Part shown: in pieces, positions 61,381 through 64,000 of the stretch
Numbering within the stretch: the first letter of the stretch is position 1
How the letters are laid out: each line of letters begins with the position of its first letter
Assembly: GCA_000092065.1 (NCBI GenBank)
Contig: CP000594.1
Strand: one strand, 5' to 3'
DNA: 64,000 bases
Source of the DNA: Ostreococcus lucimarinus
Taxonomy: Eukaryota
The notes under the pieces: model-generated
The model's input: only the letters and a program-made list of their open reading frames with translations
Told to the model about the DNA's origin: nothing
Databases searched by the model: none
Program-made: the position numbers and the translations under genes

Positions 61381-62111
61381 CTACGCCGCGACGCACTCGA
61401 GGAGCGCTTGAAAGTCCGCCTCCTCGTTCGCGTCGGGGAGGGCGTCAAAGCGCGCGTCGTCGAGCCACGCGAAATCGTCGATGTCAATCCCATCGAGGTC
61501 ATCTTGACTTTCTGAATGAATCCCCGATTCTGATTCCGCGCCGCGGGCGAGGTCGCCGTCCAGGCTCCCGAGCGCGCCCTCGACGTCGTCCGAGTTCGCG
61601 CTCGGCGAGTTCGCCCGTCGTCGTCGTTTGCGGTTGGCATATTCATCGCGCTTTTCTCGCCGGCGCGTGGCTCGTCCCCGCGCGTCGCTCCAAACGGGCC
61701 CTCTCCGACGCGTCGACGAGACGAATCCCTTCGTCTCCTCTTCGCGTCTTCGATAGCCCTCGCGACGCGCGCGAGTTCCGAGCGCGTAGTCCGGCTTCGC
61801 GACCGCGTATAATCCGCCCCCGACGACGACGGCGTCCGCGCCGGCGTCCGCTCCCCATCGCTCGCGCGCGACGACGCCACCCTTCCGTCCCATCCCGCGC
61901 GCCGCTCGCGCGTCAGCTCCGACAGCGCGTCCTTCAGCACCGCGTTCTCCGTCGCGAGCGCGCGCGTCAACCGCTCGAGCGCGTCCACGCGTCGCCGCGC
62001 GTCCCGCTCGAGCGCCCGCTTCCGCGCCCGCGACGCCGCGCTCGCCGCGCGATTCGCCTCGAGTCGACGCGCGCGTCGCGTCGCGTCGTCCGCGTCGCGC
62101 GTCGCCATCGC
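61381..62111 (-). CDS. bZIP transcription factor (second in the window). Basic region/zipper in one frame and acidic C-terminal region in another as given
   Basis: Frame A MATRDADDATRRARRLEANRAASAASRARKRALERDARRRVDALERLTRALATENAVLKDALSEL (N-x7-R basic motif plus heptad Leu). Frame B (ORF 61381..61893) ends with a classic acidic/hydrophobic activation-domain-like tail (DDLDGIDIDDFAWLDDARFDALPDANEEADFQALLECVAA) in a lower-GC stretch, with a TAG stop at 61381. The frame change is needed near 61890-61905. Confidence 0.5.
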
Positions 62112-62170
62112 GCGCGCGTCGGCGTGTGCGTCGACGCGGTCGGCACCCGCGGCGTCGGACGCGTGGTCGC

Positions 62171-62300
62171 GCGTTTCGATTGGTCGGCGGCGTGCATCGC
62201 GCGTTTCGATTGGTCGGCGCACGTGCGTCGATTCGCGCGTTTTACACCGCGCGAACGCGATGTGCGCATATATGCGACGCGGGTAAACCCTACACGTGCG
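62171..62300. promoter_or_regulatory. Promoter-like motif cluster between the bZIP-2 and ARID genes: tandem 29-bp repeats each carrying an inverted CCAAT box (CGATTGGTC), two CACGTG cores (GCACGTGCG, ACACGTGCG), a CATATATG element, and a duplicated GGGATCGCGCGCGCGCGCG unit further on (about 62350-62415)
   Basis: Seen directly: ...cgcgtttcgattggtcggcggcgtgcatcgcgcgtttcgattggtcggcgcacgtgcg...gcgcatatatgcgacgcgggtaaaccctacacgtgcgcgcg... Confidence 0.35.
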
Positions 62301-62960
62301 CGCGTGTGTCCGTTCCGTGTGTGTGTTACGGTCTCGCATTTGAACGCGTCGCCGCGGGATCGCGCGCGCGCGCGGTCACACGACGAACGCGCGCGCGGGA
62401 TCGCGCGCGCGCGCGACGTCCGACGCGACGCATCGACGGCGACGCGTTTACATCGACGCGCGCGACGCGCGAAATCGGCGCTCGAACGCGACGGACGCGC
62501 GGAGCGACGGTATTAACACGCGCGGACGACGGGGCGACGGCGCGGGCGATCATGGAGGCGACGACGACGACGACGACGACGGGCGCGGGAGAGCGCGACG
62601 AAGCGCGGCGATCGCTCGAAGCGCTCGGTGAACGCGAGTTTCTGGATGATTTGGTGCGCGGCGACGCTCGAACGCGCGAACGGGGACGGAATAGGGGATA
62701 TTAAGAATGCGGACGCGCGAGGGCGATTGGCGCGCGGCGCGAGGGGCGGACGCGCGAAGCGCGCGACGAGGACGCGGGCGCGGCGACTGACGACGACGCG
62801 ATCGACGGTGATTGGTTTTCGCGATAGATATTGACGCTGAGGAAGGATCCGGCGCTCGCGCGAGAGGTTCCCGAGGGCGTGGGTGGGTGACGACGCGCGG
62901 CGCGAATCTCGTCGGAGCGGCGAATCGTCGCGATTTCGGAGGCGCGCGCGGCGCGTTTGA

Positions 62961-63461
62961 TTCGGCGCGGCGCGGACGAGCGATCGAGAGACTGACGACG
63001 AGGACGACGACGCTCGATCGCGAATCGCAGACTACTCGCAGTTCCCGCAGCGCACGGTGAATGGTTTTAAACTGGATTTGTTTGGGTTGTATCACAACGT
63101 GTGCGCGCGGGGAGGTTTTCCCGTGGAGACGAATGGGTCGGCGAGCAAGGTGCCGTGGTCGTGGAGCAAGGAAATTTTCAAGGGCATGGCGAACTGGACG
63201 GACAACCATCGGTGCACGTCGGTGGGGCACGATTTAATCTGCAGCTATCGCAAGTACTTGCTCGCGTACGAGCAGGCGCACCCGGAGGACGTCGACACGA
63301 GCGGCGCGCCCGTGGACGCGAACGCGGTGCCGCGCGGCGAGCAGACGATTCGAACGCGCGTGGCGACTGGCGCGCCGCAACGACGACGCGCGGGCGAAGG
63401 CGGCGCGGGAGGGAGTGGACGCGGGCGCGGACGGCCGCGCAATCCCGACGGCGGCGGTGGA

Positions 63462-63499
<38 letters not shown>

Positions 63500-64000
63500 A
63501 CCGCCGGGATTGCCCTCGCGAGGCGGGAACAATTTCAACTTTTCCATCGGCAATCGCGTGCGCGTGTACTGGCCGAGCGATAACGATTGGTACTCGGGGA
63601 TGGTCGTGATGCAGGAGACGACGCCGGAGGGGGTGGTTTACAGTAAAATTGATTACGACGATGGTGATGAAGAAGTTTTGAATCTTTCAAACGAGATTTG
63701 TGAGTGTTTGGACGACGACGAAGATGGATTAGTGTATCGCCCGAGACCGAGCTCGAGGCGAGGCGCGAACACGGGCACTCCTGGGCAATTGGCGTTGGAG
63801 TACCAAGGTGGACACGAGCACGAGACGATGCGGCAGCCGATATCTATGGAAGAAGTCCTCGAGGCGATGAATCGTCGGGAAGCAGCGCGAGGTTTGTTTG
63901 AGCTATCGGCGGAACCGCACGAGGCGCAGGAAACGTTTCGGCTCGGGTACATGATGGGCGTTCGTCGCGCCGCGTTCAAGGCGGTGGATGTCATGCAAAC
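62961..64000 (+). CDS. ARID-domain chromatin protein with AT-hook/(GR)n segment and a Tudor/Royal-family-like domain; partial, running off the right edge. The 5' exon is not located
   Basis: Frame 0 is open from 62961 to the window end. ARID: DYSQFPQRTVNGFKLDLFGLYHNVCARGGFPVETNGSASKVPWSWSKEIFKGMANW...LICSYRKYLLAYEQAHPED. Then GRGRGRPRNPDGGGGRGRGRGRGRGRGRP (AT-hook-like RGRP cores). Then IGNRVRVYWPSDNDWYSGMVVMQETTPEGVVYSKIDYDDGDEEVLNLSNE (Tudor/Agenet/PWWP-like Y/W cage pattern). No in-frame ATG before the ARID start, so an upstream exon is likely. Confidence 0.65.

Overview
The window reads as nuclear DNA from a very GC-rich (about 65%) photosynthetic eukaryote, probably a prasinophyte/Mamiellophyceae-like green alga. 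Taxon assignment is inference from gene content: RbcX, PsbP, SQD2, CDPK, RUNKEL/ULK4 and ALY/LIN9 orthologues, and short GTGCG-type spliceosomal introns.

- **Gene content:** about 47 protein-coding genes on both strands, with very short intergenic spacers (often 50-300 bp, several head-to-head pairs). No rRNA, tRNA, CRISPR or transposon signatures were found.
- **ORF-track caveat:** the supplied ORF track uses GTG/TTG alternative starts, and many long GC-rich antisense ORFs are spurious.
- **Introns:** six clear introns (97-342 nt) were resolved by homology, in RPL5, RPA1, RPL27a, ADH3, ARL8 and a 3R-Myb gene.
- **SQD2-DedA fusion (most unusual single model):** a chloroplast sulfolipid synthase (SQD2, GT4) fused in one continuous ORF to a DedA/TVP38-type membrane domain.
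- **Disrupted conserved genes:** at least eight conserved genes (MFS transporter, CDPK, FolD, NRAMP, ADH3, ABC1/ADCK, ULK4/RUNKEL, a bZIP) are interrupted by single-base frame breaks, one 8-nt repeat-collapse or an in-frame TAG. Several breaks sit at homopolymers, so sequence errors or pseudogenes must be separated using read data.
- **Regulatory motifs:** a perfect 22-bp palindrome centred on a CACGTG G-box lies in the bZIP promoter. A second bZIP promoter carries CACGTG plus tandem CCAAT repeats.
- **Formaldehyde detoxification pair:** S-formylglutathione hydrolase and glutathione-dependent formaldehyde dehydrogenase are adjacent and convergent.
- **Other genes:** ribosomal proteins (L5, L27a, mL41), RPA1 with CCHC knuckles and a Gly/Tyr-rich tail, Hel308/HELQ helicase, ATG101, GET1/WRB, LIN9/ALY, YeeE/YedE, EXS/ERD1, ARL8, Pcc1, an ARID/AT-hook/Tudor chromatin protein, and partial photolyase/cryptochrome and ARID genes at the window edges.
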